A DNA stretch of 64,000 nucleotides from positions 352,001 through 416,000 of the forward strand of contig OZ242318.1 of NCBI GenBank assembly GCA_965208105.1, written 5' to 3'. Both the position numbers and the translations under genes were made by a program. The DNA comes from Candidatus Latescibacterota bacterium. Lineage in GTDB: Bacteria; Latescibacterota; UBA2968; UBA8231. Below, piece after piece: positions 9,259-17,705 of the stretch. The notes beneath the pieces are model-generated. The model saw only the letters and a list, made by a program, of their open reading frames with translations, was not told the DNA's origin and did no database searches. Every line of letters starts with the position of its first letter. Within the stretch, counting starts at the first letter, position 1.

Positions 9259-9990
9259 ATGGTGAGAAATCCATCTTTGCGGGGAATTGCGCTGGTAGCT
9301 GCCCTGGGTCTGTTGGGATGTGGTGGCAGCCGGGATCCTGTACGCGATCTCACTCGGGACTTGAACCGCTATCCCGAGTTTCTGCTCATCGTAGAGGATT
9401 TGCGGGTGGAGGAAGGCTTCTTTCCGGACTATTTCCTCCGATTTAAAACTCTGACGGCATCGGGCCAGCGGATGGCTGGCCGGGACACCCTGATCTACCA
9501 GGAGCGCACCACGGATTGGCATGAGGTGAGCGAAGATGTATTTGGCCGCTACGAGCATTATGTGGGCATGGTTGTGGCTTCCAAGGGCAAGGATGGACGC
9601 CACACCGATGTCCGGCAGGCTCATCCTCCAGGGTATCAGTACGTGGGAAATCCGAGCTACGGGTTCTGGGGTGGAGGAGGATTCTGGCAGTTTTACGGGC
9701 AGTATGCCCTCATGCGTGATTTGATGGGAGGATGGCGGGTGAATCGGGACGATTACCGGGACTACCGCCGCAATTACGAACGTGGAAGACCCTATCACGG
9801 ACCTGTCCAGAGAGGCCGGCCGGCCTTTGGCTCAAGAGGAACGGTGACCGAAAAGACGAAACCCGGGTTCTACCAGCGCAATCGTCAGCGATTGCGTTCA
9901 GGACGCTATGGTTTTGCCAACAAGGCCCAAAGCCGCATGGGTCGCACCGGCTCGAGTTGGGGCCGAGGCTACGGTTTTCGAGGAAAGTAA
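9259..9990 (+). CDS. lipoprotein with Gly/Arg/Tyr-rich tail ending in GK
   Basis: lipobox LLGC; PPGYQYVGNPSYGFW, FWQFYGQYALM; tail ...GRGYGFRGK. Confidence 0.8.
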   Translation: MVRNPSLRGIALVAALGLLGCGGSRDPVRDLTRDLNRYPEFLLIVEDLRVEEGFFPDYFLRFKTLTASGQRMAGRDTLIYQERTTDWHEVSEDVFGRYEHYVGMVVASKGKDGRHTDVRQAHPPGYQYVGNPSYGFWGGGGFWQFYGQYALMRDLMGGWRVNRDDYRDYRRNYERGRPYHGPVQRGRPAFGSRGTVTEKTKPGFYQRNRQRLRSGRYGFANKAQSRMGRTGSSWGRGYGFRGK

Positions 9991-10018
9991 ACCATCTTTC
10001 GCATCAGGGAGGCTCACG

Positions 10019-10864
10019 ATGGAGGAATACCTGATTCCCATGGCTTGGTCCGCTGTCTATATCCTGGAAACCTTTCTGCTCCTGTGGCTGGCAAAGTTCG
10101 CCTACGTCAGCCTGTATCGGCGGGTGGACTTGAAAAGGGAGATTTTCGACCGGCGCAACTACGCCCTTGCCACGGCAACCACAGGCTACCTGTTCGGAGT
10201 GATCGTCGCATTCGGCGGCGTGCTGGCGGGGCCTTCGGCCGGCTGGAAAGCGGACCTGCTTGGGATCGCCCTCTACGGCATTGTCTCGATTGCGCTTCTG
10301 CTGGTAGCCAGCTTTTTGTCCGAGAAGGTGTTGCTGCCCCATTTCGACAACACTCGCGAGGTTGTTCAGGACCGCAACATGGGCACGGCATTCGTCGAGG
10401 CGGGCATGCACATCGCCAACGGGCTGATCATCCTGGCCATCGTGCAAGGGGATGGTCCCTGGTGGATTGGATTGGTGTTCTGGGGACTTGCTCAAATTAT
10501 TCTGATTCTGGTCGCCTTGCTCTACGAGGTTTCCACAAGGCACAGTATCCACGCGGAGCTGGAGCGCGATAATGCTGCCGTGGGCCTGGCCTTTTGCGGG
10601 GCTCTGGTCGGGATGGGCAATATCATCAGCCTCGCAGTCGCTGGTGATTTTCTGGGATGGAAAGCAAGTCTGCTGGGCTTTGCCAGCTATGCGATTTTCG
10701 GCCTTATCATGCTGCAAATTGTCAAGAGGTTGACGGATATGCTGCTGGCACCAGGAGTGAAGCTGGGGAAGGAACAGAGCGATGACCAACCCAGCGTGGG
10801 GGCGGGTCTGTTCGAGGCCTTTGGCTATGTCGGAGCTTCCATGCTGCTGGTCTGGGCCCTGTAG
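10019..10864 (+). CDS. DUF350 (YjfL-like) membrane protein, duplicated domain
   Basis: repeated EI..rN.A motifs (REIFDRRNYALA, REVVQDRNMGTA, AELERDNAAVGL); about 8 TM; SD GGGAGG. Confidence 0.85.
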   Translation: MEEYLIPMAWSAVYILETFLLLWLAKFAYVSLYRRVDLKREIFDRRNYALATATTGYLFGVIVAFGGVLAGPSAGWKADLLGIALYGIVSIALLLVASFLSEKVLLPHFDNTREVVQDRNMGTAFVEAGMHIANGLIILAIVQGDGPWWIGLVFWGLAQIILILVALLYEVSTRHSIHAELERDNAAVGLAFCGALVGMGNIISLAVAGDFLGWKASLLGFASYAIFGLIMLQIVKRLTDMLLAPGVKLGKEQSDDQPSVGAGLFEAFGYVGASMLLVWAL

Positions 10865-10925
10865 AATCCGCTTGCCTTGCCGGGGCGATCGGCGGGGAAG
10901 AGAGGAAAATGGATCTTCAATAAAA

Positions 10926-11257
10926 TCAATTCTGCCTCTCCCGAGTGAGTTCTTCATCCAACCATTTGACGTAGGCCTCAAAGCCGGCGATCAGGGGAAC
11001 GGCCAGGATCTCGGGTACCTGGTAGGGATGGATCTCGCGGATGGCCTTCTCCAGAGTTTCGTACAGGTCCCTGCGGGTCTTGGCTGTACACTTCCACTCC
11101 CTGGCTTCTTCTACCTTGCCTCCCACCAGTATGTGCTCGTGACGGGTCCCTCGATCTGAACGCATGCCGCCAGTCTCTTCTCTACCAATTTCCGAGCGAT
11201 TTCTCGGGCTTCCTCCTCACTGCCTGCCGTCGTTCCCACTTCGATGTACTGGGTCAT
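10926..11257 (-). pseudogene. cutA: divalent-cation tolerance protein CutA, interrupted by a 1-nt frameshift
   Basis: MTQYIEVGTT...LVEKRLAACVQIEGPVTSTYWWE in one frame; GKVEE.EW...HPYQVPEI..Y.KW in another. Confidence 0.85.
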
Positions 11258-12263
11258 TTTTCCCTTCTCCTTTCTTGCTTACACTCCAGAATTGCCATAG
11301 CAGGGCAGGTGCGCCCAGGGCAAGGTAGGTGAGATTGGCTATCGCGTGGACCACGGTGGCGCAGGCCATGGCGGCGGTTTCGGGCACCTGGTAGAGCAGG
11401 TGTAATGCGTCTCCAAAAAAGAGGTGATAAGAGCCGACCCCCGCGGGCGTGGGAACAATGATCCCGATCGTGGAAATGGCCATGACGACCATGGTCGCGG
11501 AGGCGCCAAGGTCAAAGGAACGAATGAAACCGAAGCTGAGGAAGGATCCGTAGATTATCAGCAGGTAACACAGGTTGAGAAGGATGGAGCTGACAATTAT
11601 TTCCAGACAGGCGGTTGGCCTTCCGAGAGCGGAGAGGCCTTGCAAAAAGGTCTCGAGGACCCGGGCGGACCGGTTCGCAATTCTCGAAGATATCTTCCCG
11701 AGCAGGCGGGGGATGATCCTCAAGGCGTGATTTCTGTAGATGGAGACCAGGGCAAGAAGTGCCAGGACCAGGATACAGCCGGCGAGAACGACCAGGCTGG
11801 CCGGTTCCAACCAGGGAAAGGCTTGATCGATCCTCGACCGGAGCAGCAGCAACGACGCCCCTACCAGGGCGATTAAACAAAAGAGATCGATGATGCGTTC
11901 CACCACGACCGTTGCAAGCACCGCGCTTATGCTGGCACCACGGGACCAGTTGAGGCTCCAGATGCGCAATGCTTCTCCGGACCGCGGAATGACGAGATTG
12001 GCTGTGTAGCAAATGGCCAGGGCCTGAAAGGCAGCAAGCACAGGTATGCTGGCAAAAGGACGCATGAGCACGATCCACCGCCAGGCGCGCAGGCCAAGGG
12101 ACAGGATGGTAGTGAAGACCAGGGCCAGAACCCAGAAAGGGGAGACGCGTCCCATCGCTGCCCACAAGGCAGCTGGCTCGATACCCTTGAAGGCCCAGTA
12201 GAGGAAGAGACCCATCAGTGCCAGGCTGATGAGGTATCTTCCAATTTTAAACGGGGAAATCAA
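11217..12263 (-). CDS. lysylphosphatidylglycerol synthase TM-domain (flippase-like) protein
   Basis: LRAWRW, ANLVIPRSGE, VVERIIDL, PTPAGVGSYH. Confidence 0.85.
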   Translation of the reverse strand: MISPFKIGRYLISLALMGLFLYWAFKGIEPAALWAAMGRVSPFWVLALVFTTILSLGLRAWRWIVLMRPFASIPVLAAFQALAICYTANLVIPRSGEALRIWSLNWSRGASISAVLATVVVERIIDLFCLIALVGASLLLLRSRIDQAFPWLEPASLVVLAGCILVLALLALVSIYRNHALRIIPRLLGKISSRIANRSARVLETFLQGLSALGRPTACLEIIVSSILLNLCYLLIIYGSFLSFGFIRSFDLGASATMVVMAISTIGIIVPTPAGVGSYHLFFGDALHLLYQVPETAAMACATVVHAIANLTYLALGAPALLWQFWSVSKKGEGKNDPVHRSGNDGRQ

Positions 12264-12883
12264 CTGGGATTCGGCGCCTTGATCTTGCCGCGCTCTGCCA
12301 GCAAGTCAACGATCTGCAGGGCGGCTTCCTGGGGACTGCATTCTGCGGTCGAAATGACCAGCTCTGGATTTTCCGGTTTTTCGTAAGGGTCGGAGACCCC
12401 TGTAAAGTTGGAGATTTCACCTTTGCGGGCTTTTTTGTAGAGTCCTTTGGGATCGCGTCTCTCGCACAACTCTACCGGGGTGTCGATGAAAATTTCCAGA
12501 AAATCGCCGTCAGCGAACAGGGCGCGAGCCCTCGCTCGGTCCGCTTTGTAGGGACTCACGAAACTTGTGACAAGGATGAAGCCTGCATCGACGAAAAGCT
12601 TGCCGACCTCTCCGATGCGACGGATGTTTTCTGCCCGGTCTTCAGGGGAGAAGCCCAGGTTTCTGTTGAGCCCGTGGCGAATATTGTCTCCGTCGAGCAC
12701 ATAAGCCAGACGTCCGCTCTCTACGAGAAGGTGTTCCGTGGTAAATCCAATGGTGCTCTTCCCGGAGCTCGGCAGGCCGGTCAGCCAGACCAGGGCCCCT
12801 CTCTGCTGCAGTAGATTTTCGCGTTGCCGGCGGCTGACGTGTCCTTCGTGCCAGACAATATTTGCTGGGCTGCCATGTGCCAA
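12260..12883 (-). CDS. cysC: adenylyl-sulfate kinase
   Basis: WLTGLPSSGKST, LDGDNIRHGL, RDPKGLYKKA, FTGVSDPYE. Confidence 0.96.
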   Translation of the reverse strand: MAHGSPANIVWHEGHVSRRQRENLLQQRGALVWLTGLPSSGKSTIGFTTEHLLVESGRLAYVLDGDNIRHGLNRNLGFSPEDRAENIRRIGEVGKLFVDAGFILVTSFVSPYKADRARARALFADGDFLEIFIDTPVELCERRDPKGLYKKARKGEISNFTGVSDPYEKPENPELVISTAECSPQEAALQIVDLLAERGKIKAPNPS

Positions 12884-13318
12884 GGCGCAGATCCTTTATG
12901 AAGAGGGAGGAATGGCAATTGCGGGAGAAATTAAATTAGGACTGCATCGAAAGCCGTCAACACCTCAGGGTGAGCGGCAGCGGCGCGTGGCTCCGTCGGT
13001 GGGCTTGGAACTGAAATAAGGGCCTGGATTAGGCGGCCAAAGGGATCAGACACCCCTCGGGGCGGATGGATTGGCAGTGTTCCCCACAGTGATAAAATGC
13101 AGCCATCCAGGGAGATCGCGCGATATAAAATAAACATAAGAAGCTGTTTTATATGAGGTAATACCCACTGCCCCAGTGCCGGGGATAGCAGGGGACCCGG
13201 GACGGTGGGCATTTTACCAATTTCTAACTTTTTTTTTGCCATTTCATTCATTATATTCTGTCCAAGAGTTGGGATTTTCATTCCGTTCGCATACACCTGC
13301 CTGTGAGGAGGCAAACCA

Positions 13319-14248
13319 ATGACCTTAGCAAAAAGAAGCTTCGCTCTTCCGGTGGCCGCTCTCGTGGCCGTTTTCTGTTTCCATTCTACTGTGCAGGCCC
13401 TCAACTTACAGACCGTCGGTCCCAGCGCAAGGTCGGTGGCACTAGGCGGCAGCACCGTGGCCTTGGCTGATAATACCGATGCCATCTTTGAAAATCCGGC
13501 CGGTCTGGGCAAGTTGGCCGGCCGCCAGGTTTCCTACACCAACGTGATGCTGTTCTACACCGGTACCGGCGAGGACAGCCCTGCCCAGCACGTCATCGGG
13601 ATTGCCCAACCCTTGGGCGGCAGATTGGGATTGGGCCTGGGTATCGAGTACATAGGCATTGAGAATTTCAATGAGATTGGTGGCACGGTGTCGCTGGCCT
13701 ACAAGCTGTCGAACAGCCTTAATCTGGGGTTGAATGCCAAATATCTGAGTTGGAGTGCGACCCTTGCAGATGGCGATCCCGGAAGCAGCAGTGGCGGCAA
13801 TGTCGGTGTCGATGTGGGCGCCCTGTGGAAAAGTCCGTTTAAAGGAGCCCAGGTTGGTCTCCTGGTGAAAAACTTGAATAAGCCGAATGTTGCCGGAGGC
13901 GATGTTCCTGGGGAACCGGACGCGGGTACATTGCCCATGGACCTGCATGTAGGCATTGCCTACTGGCACCAGGCGACGACATCCCTGATCTCCGTGCAGT
14001 GGGTTGCTCGTGCATTCGGCGAGGATGCCAGCTCCACCAGGCTGCTCCTGGGAGCTGAGACTCAATTGGCTCCGGGTTTTATGCTCCGTGCGGGCGGAAG
14101 TCGCTATCTGGAGGACGATGAGGATAATCTGAACGCGGGTCTGGGATGGCAGAGAAACAAGCTGGGGATCGACTACGCTTATCATATCCCCCTGGGTCTG
14201 GAGGGAAGCAACGGCAAACATCTCTTCACCTTTGCGTACGATTTCTGA
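13319..14248 (+). CDS. outer-membrane beta-barrel, PorV/PorQ (FadL-like) family
   Basis: signal peptide; GPSARSVALGG, AIFENPAGL, VGVDVG, LRAG, IDYAY; C-terminal YDF. Confidence 0.75.
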   Translation: MTLAKRSFALPVAALVAVFCFHSTVQALNLQTVGPSARSVALGGSTVALADNTDAIFENPAGLGKLAGRQVSYTNVMLFYTGTGEDSPAQHVIGIAQPLGGRLGLGLGIEYIGIENFNEIGGTVSLAYKLSNSLNLGLNAKYLSWSATLADGDPGSSSGGNVGVDVGALWKSPFKGAQVGLLVKNLNKPNVAGGDVPGEPDAGTLPMDLHVGIAYWHQATTSLISVQWVARAFGEDASSTRLLLGAETQLAPGFMLRAGGSRYLEDDEDNLNAGLGWQRNKLGIDYAYHIPLGLEGSNGKHLFTFAYDF

Positions 14249-14272
14249 ACGCTGAAACGCTGAAACGCTGAA
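14245..14272 (+). repeat. short tandem repeat, (GCTGAAAC) about 3 copies, spanning the stop codon
   Basis: ctgaac gctgaaac gctgaaac gctgaa. Confidence 0.7.
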
Positions 14273-14282
14273 TTGCATTTCG

Positions 14283-14317
14283 AAAAGGACCGCTCTCGCA
14301 GAGAGCGGTCCTTTTTT
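14283..14317. terminator. bidirectional rho-independent terminator
   Basis: perfect 15-bp stem AAAAGGACCGCTCTC-GCA-GAGAGCGGTCCTTTT between convergent genes. Confidence 0.9.
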
Positions 14318-15056
14318 ATTGGAGTAGATCTTCCGGAGTATCTTTGACCAGGGTACCTGGGTTTTCCCCACGACAGAGAAGTTGCATTGTACCTTTTGCG
14401 AGAAAGTCAAAGACGTGGATGGGCAGGTTGTGATCGCGCGCCAGAATGACCGAAGGCTGGTCGACGATGGTGAGGTTCTGGCGGATGAGAGTGTTATAGT
14501 TCACGCAGCGATAGAGGCGGGCGTGGGGATCGGTCTGGGGATCCGCGGTAAATATCCCGCGGACGCGGTTTTTGGCAAAGAACAGGGCATCGGATCGAAC
14601 TTCGATTGCCCGTTGTGCCGCAGTATAGTCGGTGGTGACGTAGGGATTGCCCGTGCCCCCTCCGAATATGACGATGTATCTCTTTTCCAGGTGATGAATG
14701 GCGCGCAGGCGAATGAAGGGCTCGGCTACGGTGTTTATGGGAATGGCGCTCATTACCCGCACCTCCACCTGGCCTCGGGATTTGGAGGTTAGAACCCCTC
14801 GCAACATCAGGCTGTTGACCACAGTGCCCATCATGCCAATGTTGTCGGCCTCCGCGCGCTCGATTCCCCATTGGTCAGCAAGGGTGCCGCGAAGGACGTT
14901 TCCCCCTCCGATTACAATGGCGACTTCCACTCCTTCAGCGTGCAGGGTCAATACCTCGTCGGCAATATGTTCGAGAATCCTCGCGGAAAAGCCAAAGTCG
15001 CTGTCCCCCGATATTGCCTGGCCGCTCAACTTGAGCAAAACGCGCTTGTATCGCAT
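14316..15056 (-). CDS. pyrH: UMP kinase
   Basis: YKRVLLKLSG, VIGGGN, ADNIGMMGT, GGTGNPYVTTD. Confidence 0.93.
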   Translation of the reverse strand: MRYKRVLLKLSGQAISGDSDFGFSARILEHIADEVLTLHAEGVEVAIVIGGGNVLRGTLADQWGIERAEADNIGMMGTVVNSLMLRGVLTSKSRGQVEVRVMSAIPINTVAEPFIRLRAIHHLEKRYIVIFGGGTGNPYVTTDYTAAQRAIEVRSDALFFAKNRVRGIFTADPQTDPHARLYRCVNYNTLIRQNLTIVDQPSVILARDHNLPIHVFDFLAKGTMQLLCRGENPGTLVKDTPEDLLQ

Positions 15057-15109
15057 GGACGGCAGTGCTCCGGTTGTCGTTGTCTTGAAATCAGTTCCGG
15101 GCGCCCTCG

Positions 15110-16549
15110 TTAAAGCAGGCTGCCCTTTTGGATCTTGCCCGCATCGGGGTAACTCCGGACCAGTTGGTTTACCGAACCCGCAAAGGAATCGACCTGGTAC
15201 GCGGCCAGGCCGACGAAGCCCTGGCTATCCTTGAAGATAGCCTCGATCTTCTCCCGTGATAGCGGAATGCGATCGTCGGCACCCAGGCGTTGAGCCAGGT
15301 TGTTGCGAGCCAGTCCTTTTTCCCGCATGTCCAACGCTGCGGCAACGGAGTGTTGCTCGATGGCGGCGTGAGCTTGCTCCCGGCCGGCACCGCGTTTTAC
15401 CGCCTCCATCAACAGGGTAGTAGTGGCCAGGAAAGGCATGTAACGCTCCAGGTCTTTCTGAATGAGGGTCTCGTAGGCACCCATCTCGTCGAGTACGTGG
15501 AGCATGGTTTCGGTCATGCCGTCAAAGGCGAAGAAGCTGTCGGGAAGGGCGACTCTGCGCACTACCGAGCAGGAGACATCGCCTTCGAACCACTGGTCGC
15601 CGCAGAGACTTCCAAGCATGTGGACATACCCGCCAAGAATAACCTGAAGACCATTGATGCGTTCGGTGCTCCGGGTATTCATCTTGTGGGGCATGGAAGA
15701 CGAGCCCACTTGGCCCTTTGTGAAGCCCTCGGTTATGAATTCGTTTCCCGCCATCAGCCGCAGCGTGCGGGCAAGGTCGGCGATGCCCGCCCCGAGCTGA
15801 TAGAGGCAGCCGATAACTTCATAGTCCAGACTTCGGGGATAGATCTGCCCGACCGCGTTAAGCTGATTGTTGAAGCCGAGAAAATGGCAGACCCTCTCCT
15901 GCAGTTGCTTCAACTTGCCCTGGTCTCCGCCCAGAAGGGTGAGTTGATCCAGGGAGGTGCCGACAGCTCCCACCAGGCCGCGCAATGGATAGGCAGCCAC
16001 CAGGTCTTCGAAACGGCGGAAGGCCTGCAACATCTCCTCACCGTACATGGCCAGGCGCTTGCCAAGGGTGGTGGGCTGGGCCGCCGCGTAGTGGGTGCGG
16101 CCAACCATGGCCAGGTCTCTCCATTGGAGGGCGCGCCGACTCAATGATGAGAGCAGGGCTACGTACTTTAGTTGCAGATGTTGCAGCGACCGGAGGATCT
16201 GAAACTGCTCGACGTTGTCCGTCAAATCGCGGCTGGTCATGCCCTTGTGGATGTGCTCGCAGCCTGCCAGGGAACAAAATTCCTCGATGCGTGCCTTGAC
16301 ATCGTGGCGCAGGACGGACTCGCGGCGGCGAATGGATTCGAGGTCCACCTGGTCGGCGACTCCCTCGTAGGCTTGGATGGATTCCTGGGGGATATCCATC
16401 CCGAGCTTCTTCTGGGCCTTCATCACCGCAATCCAGAACTCGCGTTCCAGGAGGATGCGTCCGCGCTCCGACCAGATGTCCCGAATGCAGGGACTGGCAT
16501 AGCGGCTGGCGAGGATGTTGGGAATTTCCATGGACATGGCCGTGCTCAA
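15110..16549 (-). CDS. purB: adenylosuccinate lyase
   Basis: RHDVKA, HKGMTSRD, GRTH, GSSSMPHKMN. Confidence 0.95.
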   Translation of the reverse strand: MSTAMSMEIPNILASRYASPCIRDIWSERGRILLEREFWIAVMKAQKKLGMDIPQESIQAYEGVADQVDLESIRRRESVLRHDVKARIEEFCSLAGCEHIHKGMTSRDLTDNVEQFQILRSLQHLQLKYVALLSSLSRRALQWRDLAMVGRTHYAAAQPTTLGKRLAMYGEEMLQAFRRFEDLVAAYPLRGLVGAVGTSLDQLTLLGGDQGKLKQLQERVCHFLGFNNQLNAVGQIYPRSLDYEVIGCLYQLGAGIADLARTLRLMAGNEFITEGFTKGQVGSSSMPHKMNTRSTERINGLQVILGGYVHMLGSLCGDQWFEGDVSCSVVRRVALPDSFFAFDGMTETMLHVLDEMGAYETLIQKDLERYMPFLATTTLLMEAVKRGAGREQAHAAIEQHSVAAALDMREKGLARNNLAQRLGADDRIPLSREKIEAIFKDSQGFVGLAAYQVDSFAGSVNQLVRSYPDAGKIQKGSLL

Positions 16550-16652
16550 CGATGAGTGGCACGAGAAATTGAGTTAAACATTGGCCAGCACTCTCGAACA
16601 CCCGGCAAACCCGAGTTCATCGCCTGGATGCAAAGGCGTCCAGGTGGGATGC

Positions 16653-17612
16653 TCAGTTGACGATATTGGTAGGATTTCCCTCAAGGTAGGCTCTGACATT
16701 GTCTATGGATGTTTGCAGGAGCCTTCTTCTGGCTGCGAGGGTCGCCCAGGCGATGTGGGGAGTAATAATCAGGTTCCTGGCTTTGAGCAGTGGGTTATTG
16801 GCCCGAATGGGCTCTGCAGAGACCACGTCGACCGCAGCGCCTGCGATTTTTCCCCCGTTGAGGGCGGCGGCCAGATCCTTTTCGTTGACGAGGCCTCCGC
16901 GGGCGGCGTTGATGAGGATGGCTGTCGGCTTCATCTGGTTCAGGAGAGCCTCATTGACGAAACCAAGGTTGTCCGGTGTTTGAGGGCAGTGGAGGGAAAC
17001 TACATCCGCCTCGGCGAAGACCTCCTCGATATCCATCCAGGAAAACGGTCGATAGGAAGGCAGTTCTCCATGAAAGATATCCTGGGCAAGTACTTCCATT
17101 CCGAAGGCATGGGAGAGTTCGCCAACCCGGCGGCCGATTCTTCCAAATCCGATGATCCCCATTTTCTTCCCGGCCAATTCAACCAAAGGGGTCTCCCAGA
17201 AAGAAAATTCTCTGGCCCTGGTCCATTTTCCATTTTTTACCGCGAGATCGTGTTGGCCGACGTGGTGGCAAAACTCAAGCAGGAGCGCAAGGACAAACTG
17301 GGCAACCGAGTCGGTACCGTAGACCGGAACATTTGAGACCGGAATGTTGCGCCGGCGAGCGGTTCGCACGTCTACGTTGTCATAGCCCGTGGCGGTAACC
17401 CCGATGTAGATCAGCTTGGGAAGTTGCTCAAGGGTGTCGCCCATCAGGGGTATCTTGTTGGTCAAAATGATTTCGGCGTCCTTCGACCTTTCCACGACCT
17501 GGTCCTCGTTGGTTCGGTCGTAGACAGCGAGGTCTCCCAGATCTTCCAATTCATCCCAGGGATTGTCTCCACCGGGGTTCAGGGTGTATCCGTCGATCAC
17601 TACGATCTTCAT
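16653..17612 (-). CDS. D-2-hydroxyacid (glycerate) dehydrogenase
   Basis: DGYTLNPG, ATGYDNVD, GFGRIG, INAARG, TPHIAW. Confidence 0.92.
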   Translation of the reverse strand: MKIVVIDGYTLNPGGDNPWDELEDLGDLAVYDRTNEDQVVERSKDAEIILTNKIPLMGDTLEQLPKLIYIGVTATGYDNVDVRTARRRNIPVSNVPVYGTDSVAQFVLALLLEFCHHVGQHDLAVKNGKWTRAREFSFWETPLVELAGKKMGIIGFGRIGRRVGELSHAFGMEVLAQDIFHGELPSYRPFSWMDIEEVFAEADVVSLHCPQTPDNLGFVNEALLNQMKPTAILINAARGGLVNEKDLAAALNGGKIAGAAVDVVSAEPIRANNPLLKARNLIITPHIAWATLAARRRLLQTSIDNVRAYLEGNPTNIVN

Positions 17613-17705
17613 GTGAATCTCCCGATTAATTCAGATGTTTGGAGGCAATATACATAAACCCACCTGGTAGGAAAAGTCTGTCCTGCGGGAGCCGAGGCGG
17701 ACCCC

